A DNA stretch of 64,000 nucleotides from Macrostomum hystrix (Eukaryota > Animalia > Platyhelminthes): contig CATNEN010000001.1 in assembly GCA_950097015.1 (NCBI GenBank), positions 13,082,001 through 13,146,000 of the forward strand, given 5' to 3'. The notes under the pieces are model-generated. The model was not told the DNA's origin. It was given only the letters and a program-made list of their open reading frames with translations, and ran no database searches. Position 1 is the first letter of the stretch; each line of letters begins with the position of its first letter. The translations under genes and the position numbers were made by a program. Positions 35,572 through 49,600 of this stretch are shown in pieces.

Positions 35572-37877
35572 TTGTCGATTTGCAAATACTTTTCTCTATA
35601 GGCTATTACTATAGCCTTGGCAATGGATGCGGTTTGTGAAATTGCTGAAACTGAGTTGACAGAAAATTTATAGTTTGAATGCCCTGGGAAATTCTGTCAG
35701 ATGTCGCCTCCTAGCAAAGAAGAGTTCTTGCTAATTAAGTAAGCTATTTGCAGGCAACAAAAGAACTACGAAGCTGTTTGCTGAGGTATCTTAATTATGT
35801 GGCATATCCTGCGACAGCTTTTAGATTGAGATTTCAAAACCTACTCGGGAATTCTAACAGAGCAATCTATTTTACAGGTTCTTTTTATATACTCATTTAA
35901 ATAAAAGAAACGTGATTAAATAAGCGGCAAAGTTATGGCTCCGTACTGGACAGTGCTTCTGAAATACAAAAGTAGTAACATAATATTATTATAATATTAA
36001 TTGCAGGAGGGCTGCGGGCAATGGCACGTCATCTGGTGACACTCTAGACCTGCAGCCAGCGAGGAGGCAATTCTGCGATCCGTTTCGCTGACTCCTGAGC
36101 ACGCACGCAAAGAGATACCGTTCGCAGGCACCACATCTCATTCCCACAACCATGCAGCCGACCATTTTACTCGATCAACCGACCATCTCACTCGTTATAA
36201 CCCTACATTATTCCACCAAAACAGTATCGCATGCTTGAATGATAAATGTTTTATGCTTTCGTCTAGTTTTCGTCTATGGTCGAAATATCACCCAGGCAGA
36301 GCATTGAATTTCAAGTGCTCTATCAGCTTACACAATGTTTGCAAAGTTAGTCATAAAATTTTTTAAAAGTTAATTTTTTCCTTTCCGCTTTTTTCGTTTT
36401 TTCTTTTCCTATAGGCAATTACTTTAATACAGAGGCTTGCATCGCATGCAATGTCTATATGATTTTTTTCTGTCTTTTGTGGTCCAACAAAAAGTTGCGT
36501 TTGCTCATTAGGCGGCAGTTATAATTATAATTGTAAAAACTTCAGCAACTTTGTGAACAAAAGAATAAATAAATACCGAAACATCTAAAACGTAGCAGTA
36601 AAAAAGCATCTTTTGTTATAGTCTGGGAGCGGCGTCGCCAACGAAAAAAATACCCAAGAACAGAGAACGCAAAAGATGGGATTTAAAAAAGCACATGAGC
36701 GGGAATAGAAGCATGAGTTCTCATGCTTCTGAACTCGTGTCTCCCTTAAACATCATCGTAATTTTGATAATGGCACGACTCAAATTTGTGCCCTTCTGGT
36801 AGGCATAAATTTTGGTTTTCAAAGCGTTGCTAGAATTTTGAAATTTCTATAGAAATAACTGTATATTATAAGTATAACTACATTTTTACTACAGTGGTCC
36901 TTGAGCTTATCATGCTATACCGACATAGTGCTTTTGTACTCCACTTTGTACAAATGTCTTCTGGAAGTCAATTAAATAAAAAAGCCTTCATTTTCAAGAA
37001 ATCTGGTAGGCTAGAAAAGAAGCTTGCCTACTCCATGTCACGATATGAATATGCGAATGTTCTCAAATTTTTGCTGTCCTGCTGCACTACATAGTTCACG
37101 CGCTGAATAAATGAGTGCCGTAACTCGTAGCAATAACTAGATAGTAATAAATCTACTTCTAGTGGTCCTTTGTAGAGTATTGGATAAATAAAAATTTAAC
37201 TTGTAAAGACAAATATAAAAATATTTTTTGAATCATGTTGGAAGGTTCATTAATGTATATACTAAGTCGTTTATTACGCTTTAACGAAACGCTTTATCAA
37301 CAAAAAATATCACCAAGAACACAAAAATTACTTAGATGTTGTAAGTTATATTATTGTTATGAAATAAAGTTATCAAAAATTGTACAGATAATTTTTAATC
37401 TTACATTGGCAGAACCGTATAACTGGTCTTATTTAAAAAAGTTACTCGTCAATTATTTTATTGACACGATATTTGTGTTGGCAGGTGCGTTAGTGGTTGT
37501 ATGTCATATGAATCTATCTATGTATATTAGAACATGTCATTTTGACTCTTGATTCAAGAATCTTGATTCTAAGTTTGATTCTAATGGTCAATTTTTTTTC
37601 AAATTTAGGGATTTTGATAATTTAATAGTTTCGTCACTGAACAAATGTCACTGACTAGAGACTTAGCATAAGCAAGAGCCAAGCGATAATGAATATTTAC
37701 CTATCAGTTATTACAAATATTTTCCTGCAAAAAACCAATCTCATGACTGGTTTTCTATTATAGTAACAGTATCAAGCCATTCTGCTGGCACCAAATCAGT
37801 GGGAGAATTGCCATCCAGTTTTTTGGCTGCATTGGGTGGTAACTGGTTGATACTTGATAGACTGACTATTCATTTTG

Positions 37878-38424
37878 AATCATTTGTTAAACTGTTTTTC
37901 TGAAAGGTTTCATTTCCTATTGATGTGAAAATATTAGGAAATAATTTAGAAACAATGGGAAACAATTGGAAACAATGATATGATGATTGTCAAATTTTGT
38001 GTCAAAATTCTGCAGGATCCTGTGTCAAAATTCAGCAGAGGTAATAATAAGGGTTTGGATCCATAATAAATGACAGTGTTGCTGGGTGGCCTCCTGGCAT
38101 GGTGTTAGTAGACTTTAGTTTAAGTGTGTGTTATTTAATAGTAGGAAATTAGTAAGTGTTTTAAGCAAATTGCAGATGTGGTAATATTCTTCCCCTGCCA
38201 CTAACAAGCTCAACCCCTTTGGCCATAGACAGACACTCCCAAGAATGTCAACCATTTTGCTTTTATCTCTCCCTGCACTGAACATTTGCCACAGATAAGT
38301 TCCCCAGAATCCTAGAAACAGCCCCAGTTCATTAGGTGTAAAAAGCAACCTTAACAATCCAAATTCCAAGTCTTCACATAGATTGGAAATGAAACTTTTC
38401 AGAAAAACAGTTTAACAAACCATT
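37878..38424. mobile_element. MITE-like inverted-repeat element
   Basis: ~35-bp inverted repeat tttgttaaactgtttttctgaaa(g/a)gtttcatttcc at both ends; no coding capacity; TSD not resolved. Confidence 0.55.
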
Positions 38425-39113
38425 AAATATCTCAACAATTTAAAGAGCTAACAACTTGATTCTTGTTTCTTGATTCTTGATTCTTTGAAGTTGGGCAACG
38501 AAAAGTTAGCCTATGTTCTTGACTTGAGTTTTGTGTGCTGTATAGCATAAAAATTGTCCAAAGGGAAGGGGCCCTAATGGGGCGAATTAAAAAAAACTGT
38601 GGACACTCCTGCTAGGCGCGTAGGTGCGCAGTTGTTTTCAAGAAAAAGAGTGCAAATCTGCAATTGCTATATATCTTCAGTCTGACTTAATGTAGTAATT
38701 GATTTCACAAAAAATGTCAAAAGACCTTTTTTTGATCTCCATAGAGTATTTCTATAATTAGAACAGCTAAGGTTGTCTTTTCGCACTCAGGCACTGCAGA
38801 GCATGTATTTGTGTAGGGGCACAAGGGTGCACTGTTTGTTATACATCTACATACTTACGACAACTTTACACACACAAGGTGCGGCCGCGCGGACAGGACT
38901 TTCTTTCTACACAGTGGCACACGCAATTCTTCACAAGCGTGCCAGATGCTATCTGCAAAAAACCCTATTGGCTCCAATAGGGGGAAGGGGGAACTCATTC
39001 TTTGTAGTACTGCTGTTAACAAACAGTAATATTAAGTCAGTATTAAGGCTAATTTGTGTTAAAATTGCTGTGAAAATTGTAATTCAATTAATTGTTCTTT
39101 GTAGTACATGGTA

Positions 39114-39895
39114 CAAGGCGTGTTGCAAAAGTTTCTGGACTAATGCTAATCCTGGTGAAAATTCCTGCTTGATTTGGCTGAAAATTGATGTATATGGTGT
39201 TCAGCTGTCAAAAAGACTTCCTAAAATTTTATGCAGCTTGGTCAACCACAGCATACATGAGGACCAAAATAGGTTGCAACCTTTTGAAGCTGTTGACTGA
39301 TTTCTCACACACAAAAAGTGAGCGAAAATGAGTTGACCAAAGAATCCATCAGAGTTTGGGACTTTGGGTCTAAGAAAGCCAGCTTCCAACAACTGCTGAA
39401 CCACCCAGCCTACAGTCCCAATCTTGCCGTCGCCAATTTCCACCTTTTGTCATATAAAGATGCCCAATGAAGATGCCAATGTGGGGCGAGATCTTCACAA
39501 CATGCGAGGAGATCATCGAAGCAGCCAACAAGTCTCTGTCAGTTCAATGCCAGCTTCTGGGAGTCTGGCTTAAACAAGCTGATTGAGCGCTACCGAAAAT
39601 GCATCCCTGTAAATGGCAAATACGTGGAGCAAGCCAGCAATCAATGTGTGGATGCATCTGGCGATAGAAGCGACAGTGACAGTGATTGGTAGCTGTAACT
39701 CAGAAATCATATTTCATGACTATAATAATCTAGTGTACAATCGCTTATTACTTTGGACCATCAACTCCAAACTTTCTGAAACTTTATAATATTAAAAATA
39801 CAGTCGCCTGTTCGTCTGTTTAAATTTTTTGCTGAATCAGACTAAAATTATCACCATGATGAGCATTAGTCTGGAAACTTTTGCAACACCCCTCG
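39114..39895 (+). mobile_element. Internally deleted mariner element
   Basis: TIRs caaggcgtgttgcaaaagtttc / gaaacttttgcaacacccctcg flanked by TA; remnant HPAYSPNLAVANFHL (YSPDL motif) and GLNKLIERYRKCI..NGKYVE C-terminus. Confidence 0.85.
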
Positions 39896-41285
39896 TAATT
39901 GGTAGTAGATAAATAAAAAATCGAAGACAAACCTAATTTAAATGAAGATGAAATCTAGATACATTTTTAATACATTTTATTGAAAAAAAAGATGATTTAT
40001 AATAATATGCAGAGTGATACTAACTATATGACAATGTTTGTTAACAAAGTATTTTTGCTTGTTTAATCTTTTTGTAATCCTCTGTTTCCAACCTTTAATT
40101 ATTTTATAAAAATAATGACTTTCTTAATCTTGTTACTATGAATAAAAAAATAAAACCTATGCAAGTTTTTGAATGACATGGCATTGTGTGCTATTTATAT
40201 GGCCAAAACCAAAGAGAAAAAGAAAAGAAAAAGGGTAGGAGCAGAGGTACTTAAAGGAAAAGATTATTTAAGACTTGGGGATCATGCACCAAACTAAAAT
40301 TTTATATTTTTTTCTTGAGCACCAAGATTTCAAGAACTACTCCTTTTTAAAACAAAAACTCCCAAAATTGTTGTTTAAGTGTACACCAATGCCCATCAAA
40401 GGCTGCAAAACAAAAGAAAAAAATCAAATTTAAAAGAAATTGAACACAAGAATTTGAAACAATTAGAAGCAAAAAACTGTTTTAATAAATGACTTATGAT
40501 ACATAATTGAAAGAATTTTTTAGATAAAAATGTGGCATATATTGTTTTACATAAATATCACAATCTTAGAAAAATGCCTGCAAACTAGCCATTGAAGACC
40601 CCAATATATGCCATAATAGTTTAGTATACAGGACTCCTGGACTATGAAGTCTAAGCACACTAATATGACATCTGAGTGTCTTGTTTGTTGTTAGTCATTT
40701 TTTTATTCTTTTACTATAACATACTATTTTTGCATTGCTGTCTAAATTGTTGTTGGTTAAAATCTTCCATTTATATAGATTCGGTTAATAAAATTCAAAA
40801 TTTTTAATAATATCTTCATACCTTGCCATTACATAAATAATAATTAAGCATCTCTTAAGCATTGACCAAAGTTGAAAATTGGTTTAAATTTTGTGAGCTC
40901 ATAGTGACTTGATCCATTTATTCAAATGTATTTTATTTGAAAAGCACATTTTTAGGTTTCTCAGAGCTTTACAAAAAGTAAAATCAAAAAATATATAAAT
41001 ATTCCTTATGCAAAACAACAATAACAACAATTGCATCTCAGATTTGAGCCATATTATTAATTTCTTTTAAAGTTGTGTAAACTTGATGTTTCATACTAAA
41101 ATCATTGCTTGTAAGTCTATCATAGTTATGAGTGTGGTTTGTCGACTGGCTTGAATGTTTGTTTTAAGTATTAGCTAAATATTCAAATTAATTCATAATT
41201 AAACCATGCCACAAAAATCCACTAGATTTCATTCACAAAGTCGACTACCAGTTATAATTTAATCTGATTAAACTAAATTCAAGCC

Positions 41286-44200
41286 ATGCCACTGAAGCTA
41301 GACATCAAGCGCAAGCTGTCAGCCCGCTCTGATCGGGTTAAATGTGTGGACCTGCACCCAACCGAGCCTTGGATGCTTGCTAGCCTCTTTAATGGCAATG
41401 TTCATGTGTGGAACTTTGAGCTGCAACAGCTCATTAAATCGTTTGAAGTTTGCGAACTGCCGGTAAGTGAAAAAAAACTTACAAGGTTTTGTGATGTCCA
41501 TGCATTTAGCACTAGCAAATATAATACTAATATGTGTGTGAGGGCTTTGAAGGCTCGGAATTCTCAAATTGACTCTAGCACCCATTATCAACACTGGCGT
41601 CAACAGGTTCGGGCAGCCAAGTTCGTTGCCCGCAAGAACTGGCTGATCACAGGCAGCGATGACATGCAGCTCCGAGTCTTCAACTACAACACGCTAGAGC
41701 GGCTGCACAACTGGGAGGCTCACTCAGATTACATTCGCTCAATCGCTGTTCACCCGACTCAGCCGTTTGTATTGAGCAGCTCCGATGATATGCTCATCAA
41801 ACTGTGGGACTGGGACAAGCGCTGGACCTGCGCCCAGACATTTGAAGGTCACACTCACTACGTGATGCAAATTGTGATCAATCCGAAGGACAATAACCAG
41901 TTTGCAAGCGCTTCGCTTGACAAAACGGTGAAAGTTTGGCAGTTGGGCTCGCAGGCGCCAAATTTCACACTGGAAGGACACGAGAAAGGTGTCAACTGTG
42001 TGGATTATTACGCTGGCGGTGACAAGCCCTACCTAATCTCTGGCGCTGACGATCGCCTTGTGAAGGTGTGGGACCAGCAGAACAAGACCTGCGTTCAGAC
42101 TCTGGAAGGTCACGCTCAGAATGTATCAGCTGTGGCCTTTCACCCGGATCTGCCTATCGTGCTAACAGGCTCGGAGGATGGCACAGTGCGGGTTTGGCAC
42201 TCCAGCACCTATCGGCTAGAGTCCACACTGAATTATGGACTGGAGCGAGTGTGGGCTATCGCCTGTCTGAGGGGCAGCAACAATGTCGCTCTGGGTTACG
42301 ATGAGGGCAGCATTCTGGTGAGTTTGAGTTACCAAATTCTCATGCGCAATTCTCTTAGACATCTCAAATCTTCAGGAAGAATCTCTCATTAGAATCTGAA
42401 GTCCTCAGGTAGCAAACTCACTCATGAAGTGCACAGCTGCTTAATTTAACCCGTCTAATTTCCAGGTGAAGCTGGGTCGCGAGGAGCCTGCAATCTCCAT
42501 GGACGCCTCCGGCAAGATTCTGTGGGCCCGCCACGCCGAGGTGCAGCAGGCCAACCTACGCACCCTGTCAGCCGATGAAGAGTTTCAAGACGGTGATCGT
42601 CTGCCTCTGACCATCAAGGACATGGGCTCCTGTGAGATCTATCCGCAGACCATCGCCCACAGCCCCAATGGCCGCTTCGTTGCGGTCAGCGGCGACGGCG
42701 AGTTTATTATCTACACGGCAATGGCGTTGCGCAACAAGGCGTTCGGCCAGGCTCAGGAATTCGTGTGGTGCGCCTCCGATGCTTCAACCTACGCCATCAG
42801 GGAGGGAACCACTACGGTGAAGGTGTTCAAGAACTTCAAAGAGGTTCGCGCTTTCAAGCCGGAGTTCGGATGCGAGGTATGTCGCACTCCAATATCATTA
42901 TCCCTGATATTTACATAGACATCAGTTAGATCCCCAATCATCAGTTAGATCCCCAGTCATCAGTTAGATCCCCAGTCATCAGTTAGATCCATAGATTCAT
43001 AGACATCAGTTAGATCCCCAGTCATCAGTTAGATCCCCAGTCATCAGTTAGATCCCCAATCATCATTTATATCCCCAGTCATCAGCTAGATCCCCAGTCA
43101 TCAGTTAGATCCATAGATTCATAGACATCAGTTAGATCCCCAGTCATCAGTTAGATCCCCAGTCATCAGTTAGATCCCCAGTCATCATTTATATCCCCAG
43201 TCATCAGCTAGATCCTCAGTCATCAGTTAGATCCATAGATTCATAGACATCAGTTAGATCCCCAGTCATCAGCTAGATCCCCAGTCATCAGATAGATCCC
43301 CAGTCGTCAGTTAGATCCCCAATCATCAGTTAGATCCCCAATCATCAGTTAGATCCCCAGTCGTCAGTTAGATCCCCAGTCATCAGTTAGATCCCCAGTC
43401 ATCAGTTAGATCCCCAGTCATCAGTTAGATCCCCAGTCGTCAGTTAGATCCCCAGTCGTCAGTTAGATCCCCAGTCATCAGCTAGATCCCCAGTCATCAG
43501 TTAGATCCCCAGTCGTCAGTTAGATCCCCAGTCATCAGTTAGATCCCCAGTCATCAGTTAGATCCATAGACATCAGTTAGATCCCCAGTCATCAGATTGA
43601 TCCTCAGTCATCAGTTAGATCCCAATCATCAGCTAGATCCCCAGTCATCAGTTAGATCCCCAGTCATCAGTTAGATCCATAGACATCAGTTAGATCCCCA
43701 GTCATCAGATTGATCCTCAGTCATCAGTTAGATCCCCAGTCATTAGTTAGATCCCCAGTCATCAGTTAGATCCCCAGTCATCAGATTGATCCTCAGTCAT
43801 CAGTTAGATCCCCAGTCATTAGTTAGATCCATAGACATCAGTTAGATCCCCAGTCATCAGATTGATCCTCAGTCATCAGTTAGATCCCCAGTCATTAGTT
43901 AGATCCATAGACATCAGTTAAATCCCCAGTCATCAGATTGATCCTCAGTCATCAGTTAGATCCCAATCATCTGTTAGTTCCCTAGTATTCAGTAAGATCC
44001 CAATCATCAGTAAGATCCCAATTATCATTAAGATCCCAATCATCAGTAAGATCCCAATTATCATTAAGATCCCGATTATCAGTTAGATCCCCAACAACTA
44101 GATCCCTGCGCTACCACCTCTCGCTCCAGGGCATCTACGGCGGCGCCATGCTCGGTGTTCGGTCCGTCAGCGGCCTGGCCTTCTACGACTGGGAGAGCGG

Positions 44201-45929
44201 CGATTTGGTTCGCCGAATCGAGATCACGCCGAAGCTGGTGTTCTGGAACGAGTCTGCCGAACTGGTTGCTATAGCAACAGAGGAGAGCTACTTTGTGCTT
44301 CGCTACAAGCCAGAAGCCGTGGCCACCGCGAAGCGAACCAAAGTGGGTCTCACCGAGGACGGAGTTGAGGACGCCTTTGACGTGCTGGGAGAGACGGAAG
44401 AGGCCGTGCGTACGGGACTGTGGGTCGGCGACTGTTTCATCTACACGAACGCAGTGAACCGGCTGAATTATTATGTTGGAGGCGAGCTGTGTACTGTGGC
44501 ACACCTGGATCGGGTCATGTACGTGCTGGGTTACATTCCGAAGGAAAATCGACTGTACCTCGGTGACAAGGAGCTCAACATTGTTAGCTATAGTCTGCTT
44601 GTGTCAGTGCTGGAGTATCAGACTGCCGTGATGCGTAAGGACTTTGACACTGCCGACCAGGTGAGTTCTGTCTACCCGATATGTCTCGAAAAAAGCAACT
44701 TAGATCTATTAGTTAACATAAGTTTTCGTTAAATATTTCGATTTTTTGCCTGCTTACTTTGCTCATCATGCTACTTGTGAGTAGTGTGATGCGTCAAGAA
44801 GAGTGCTCATTGCATATCATATCATAGAAGAGTGCTCATTATATAAGAGTGCTCATAGCCCCACAAATTACCTGACCCACCGTCTCCCAGGTACTGCCAA
44901 CGATTCCGCGCTCCCAGCGCTCTCGCGTTGCCCACTTCCTGGAGAAGCAGGGCTTCAAAGCTCAAGCACTGGCTGTCACCACGGACCCTGAGCACAAGTT
45001 TGAGCTGGCCCTGCAGCTGGGCGATCTGAGCACCGCTAAGCAGATCTGCTGCGAAGCCGAGTCTGAGCAGAAATGGAAGCTCCTGGCCGATGTCGCCACA
45101 AGGTATGTTTTCTGCTTCAATGCAAAAGCTGCATTTCAAGTTTAATCAAAGCTGCATCTTTCATTGGTCACGCAGGCACAATGACCTTCAGCTGGCCCAG
45201 GAGTGCCTGGCCCAGGCCAAGGACTTTGGCTCGCTTCTGCTGCTTGCCACCAGCACTGGCAATGCCGGGATGGTCGATCGGCTGGCCAGGGAGTCCACGG
45301 CGGGGGCACAGAGCAACGTGGCCTTCTTGGCGCAGTTTCTGCTTGGTGATTTGGAGGCCTGCCTGGAGGTGCTGATCGCAGCCAATCGGCTGCCGGAGGC
45401 CGCTCTATTCGCTCGCACCTACCTGCCAACGCACGTGTCCCGAGCTGTCAAGCTGTGGAAGGCCAGTCTAGCCAAGACCAACGAGAAGGCGGCTCAGGCC
45501 CTCGCAGATCCAGCCGATTATCCTAACCTGTTCCCGGAGCTGGAGGACGCGGCCAAGGCCGAGGCCTTCATGCGGCAGGAGCGGCGACGTCTTCGAGGTC
45601 GACCGGCGTCCGACCAGGCGGGCCTGACGCCCAACTGGGAGCGGCGACCCATCGAGGAGGCTCTGGCAGCCATCGCCAGCGGTGAGTTCGCGCTGGACAG
45701 CGGATGCGGCGACGATGAGTCTTCGGCCTCGCCCGGACCCGAGGCCTACACAGACGCTGTTGACAGGAGCGTCACTGCTGCTGTTGCTGCTGTTGCTGCT
45801 GTGGCCTCCGCCGCCTCCGCCGAAGACGCCCTCGAGCAGGAGCTGGAGCAGGACCTTCGCGACCTGAACATGGACCAAGTGGATCCGGCCGATGTCAATC
45901 TGGACGAGGATCTCAACTTTGACGACTGA
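41286..45929 (+). CDS. COPB2: Coatomer subunit beta' copy 1; exons 41286-41462, 41607-42317, 42466-42876, 44130-44660, 44891-45102, 45176-45929 (~931 aa)
   Basis: [30 protein letters not shown]-terminus, WD40 repeats, [51 protein letters not shown] introns give 2796 nt in frame. Confidence 0.95.
42915..44095. repeat. 19-bp minisatellite (catcagttagatccccagt) in intron 3 of COPB2 copy 1, ~1.2 kb
   Basis: Tandem units with variants (gct/gtt, caat/cagt, atccataga). Confidence 0.95.
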
Positions 45930-46626
45930 GTCGCTTTGCTTTGCTAGCTTGAAGAAGTTGTTTCGATTTTAGATGATCAATTTTATCCTTGTGATGCTTT
46001 TGTTTGGATGCTGTGCCAGTTGAGTTTTTAATCGATAGGAATTCAGTTCCTAAAGTCTTCGACATTTTGAGCTTTTTCGACCTTTAGATGGCATGCTTTG
46101 CTCCATACCAAACATGATTGTAATTCTATCAATAGTTTTTGTCTTTGCTAGATAATTTGTTGCATGATTTTAACCTATACTTGATATTTATGCTGCTTGT
46201 CTTGTCCATACACAACTTCGCAAGGGTGTTTTGCACGCATTCCCTAAAATACTGCAGAGCATGCATCCGCGTTAGCAGCTTGCTTGTGCTGGCTTCATTT
46301 TCTCAATAAACTAGAGCCTATACTTGTTTTGTGTAGCTTTCTTGGCTGTCAATCATTTTTTCACAAAAAACTTTTTTCGATTAAGCATTGGAATCACTTA
46401 TCCAAAGTTAGGTTTGTCGAAAATTGGAAGGTACAACAGGTGAGGGTGAGGCCTAGGGATTTGATGGGTCATTGGATTGAACTTCAGAGCGTCGCAGGTC
46501 AAGGGTTTGCCAGTCCATTAAAATGTCGCTCAATGTCTCATTTTAACTGTCCTTTGTCTATTTTAACAGCCGTTAAAACTCGAGTAGTATTGAAGAATTG
46601 TCTGCATTTAAAACTCAGTTCCAGCC

Positions 46627-49600
46627 ATGCCACTAAAGCTAGACATCAAGCGCAAGCTGTCAGCCCGCTCTGATCGGGTTAAATGCGTGGACCTGCACCC
46701 AACTGAGCCTTGGATGCTTGCCAGCCTCTACAATGGCAATGTTCACGTGTGGAACTTTGAGCTGCAACAGCTCATTAAATCGTTTGAAGTTTGCGAACTG
46801 CCTGTGAGTACTCAAGCAGATAACAAAGCATATTTAAAGTCGATTATGATGTCAACGTGGTGGGCAGTTGAACTAGTATATCATGACATAAGACTTAAGC
46901 AGAAATCACTTTGGGTCCTTTGTTTACGTACACATAATCTAAGCCTGGGCTGAGCAACTCCCCTTAGAGTTTATACTCGTACATACATTCTGCTTAGTTC
47001 GCACCAATTTAATAGTCAATTTTGTACACAATACGTCACCAGGTTCGGGCAGCCAAGTTCGTTCCCCGCAAGAACTGGCTGATCACAGGCAGCGATGACA
47101 TGCAGCTCCGAGTCTTCAACTACAACACGCTAGAGCGGCTGCACAACTGGGAGGCTCACTCAGATTACATTCGCTCAATCGCTGTTCACCCGACTCAGCC
47201 GTTTGTATTGAGCAGCTCCGATGATATGCTCATCAAACTGTGGGACTGGGACAAGCGCTGGACCTGCGCCCAGACATTTGAAGGTCACACTCACTACGTG
47301 ATGCAAATTGTGATCAATCCGAAGGACAATAACCAGTTTGCAAGCGCTTCGCTTGACAAAACGGTGAAAGTTTGGCAGTTGGGCTCGCAGGCGCCAAATT
47401 TCACACTGGAAGGACACGAGAAAGGTGTCAACTGTGTGGATTATTACGCTGGCGGTGACAAGCCCTACCTAATCTCTGGCGCTGACGATCGCCTTGTGAA
47501 GGTGTGGGACCAGCAGAACAAGACCTGCGTTCAGACTCTGGAAGGTCACGCTCAGAATGTATCAGCTGTGGCCTTTCACCCGGATCTTCCTATCGTGCTA
47601 ACAGGCTCGGAGGATGGCACAGTGCGGGTTTGGCACTCCAGCACCTATCGGCTAGAGTCCACACTGAATTATGGACTGGAGCGAGTGTGGGCTATCGCCT
47701 GTCTGAGGGGCAGCAACAATGTCGCTCTGGGTTACGATGAGGGCAGCATTCTGGTGAGTTTTATTTGTTTTTGTGCCCTTTCCCTGAAAGTTGTGTATCT
47801 CATCTCTGAGTTAAAACTTAAGCCTAGCTAAAATTTACTCTGTCAAGATTGGAGCTAACATGAAACTTGTCTGAACAAATGCCTTATAGCGCCACTCCAA
47901 TTTCTTGTGTGAATCTGCATTAGCGTTAGTAAACATAATGTTTTTTGCAATAGTAATAAAAAGTCCAATTAACTATGTACAATGTACTCCGGTTCGGGCA
48001 TAGAATTGTGTTTTGGATATTTGAATATTTGACAATTCAATTCAGTGAGAGCTTTTGTTTATCACAAACTTTGCAGCAAGGTTGGAAAACTGAACTTCTC
48101 ATTCACTCCCAAATAATTGCAAATTTTCTACCAAAATGAAAAATGAAATTTATTTTGCAAAACTAGCAAGCGCACTTACCAAAAAAGTAAAATATAAAAA
48201 CGCTCAAATTTTGAAGTGTCAATTTGCTGACGTACGCAACTGTCATCCAAGAAGCTGCACCTGATATCCAGGAAGTCCGCCAGCGCTCTTTGCCCATTCT
48301 CGAACTCCCCTCGGAGCTGGGATAGCCGTGCTGCTAGTCTATTAGACTTGGCGCTCAGCCGACCTATGGCATGGCCAAGGGCGCGTTGCTGGATGCGAGC
48401 TTGGCAGCTTTGAAGTTCCTTGAACTTCTCGCGCAAAGGAATGAATATTAAGTCGATGTTGCCGGCGATTTGGTTGATTGCATGGTGACGACCATCGGCG
48501 GCATTGATAGTCCGGTCATCATCTTCACCATAGTGATTCCACAACGGTGGTTGGAATATGGCGGGCACGTCAATCAATGTTGTCGTCATGTATTCCATCA
48601 GCGCAAAAACTGCCGCATGATTCGGATGAGTTTGGTCAGGCATGTCTCCAAGAATAAGCTGAAAAGCTTCATGAAGCTGAGCAATTGGCATCAAAGGCAG
48701 AGCCATCAGGCGCCGCACTGTTTTTTCACCTCCAGGTCGTTCTCAAACAAGCCAAGTGACGCTACTTTCCGCAGAATGCACTGGTAAAAGTGAACAAAAA
48801 CAACCTCGCAGTGTAGGAGCAGGGAAGCGTGGCCATCTGCTGATCACGGCGTTCATGCTGCCAACTTCAAAATCCGAGATAATTTTAGTTGCCTGGCAAT
48901 CTTGACCGACGACTCTTCGAGTCTCTGCGTGTACCAGGTCCCAGCAGGCCTCATAAGTCCTCCGGTCCTTTGCTGGGAGCATGGAAAATACAAGTGGCTC
49001 CCATGCATTCAATAGTTTGTTCAGCGCAGCAGCACTAGTGGCCAGATTTTCCGGTCAAAAGTACCATGGACGAGTGTCGACTTATAAAATTTATAGTTTC
49101 GCAACTCAAACGATAAGCAAGGCGTGTCCCACTAGTAGCGGCAGTTCACAGTCACGCCGTCTGGCAACAACGCCGTAGTGAGCCGTTGAGCAGTCAGTAC
49201 TGACCTTGTCAGTGCATTGCGGGTGCCCGTCATATTGAAACAAAAAACCGGGCCATCGACTCCGCCTTGAAAGGCACCATGTCACTGCAGTTTGCAGATG
49301 CATCAGTAGCGGCGGTGGATGAGTTGGCGTCGGAAGCAAAAGACGTATTTTCGTTGGTGCCTGGGATTGCAGTTAGAGCTGCATCATCAGGAACCCCTCT
49401 AGTTTTAAGTGGCATTGGAGTTTGAGCTTTGGGAACAGCCATAGTACGAATTAATTGGCAGCTGCTGTTCCAGTACGCATTCTGCGGTGCACCGATGGAG
49501 CTTCAAGATAGAATACATATTTAATATATTGATTTAGGATAGATTTGGTACATTTGAAATTAATAGTTTTAAAAGCACGAGCAAAGAAAGTATTGTACTT

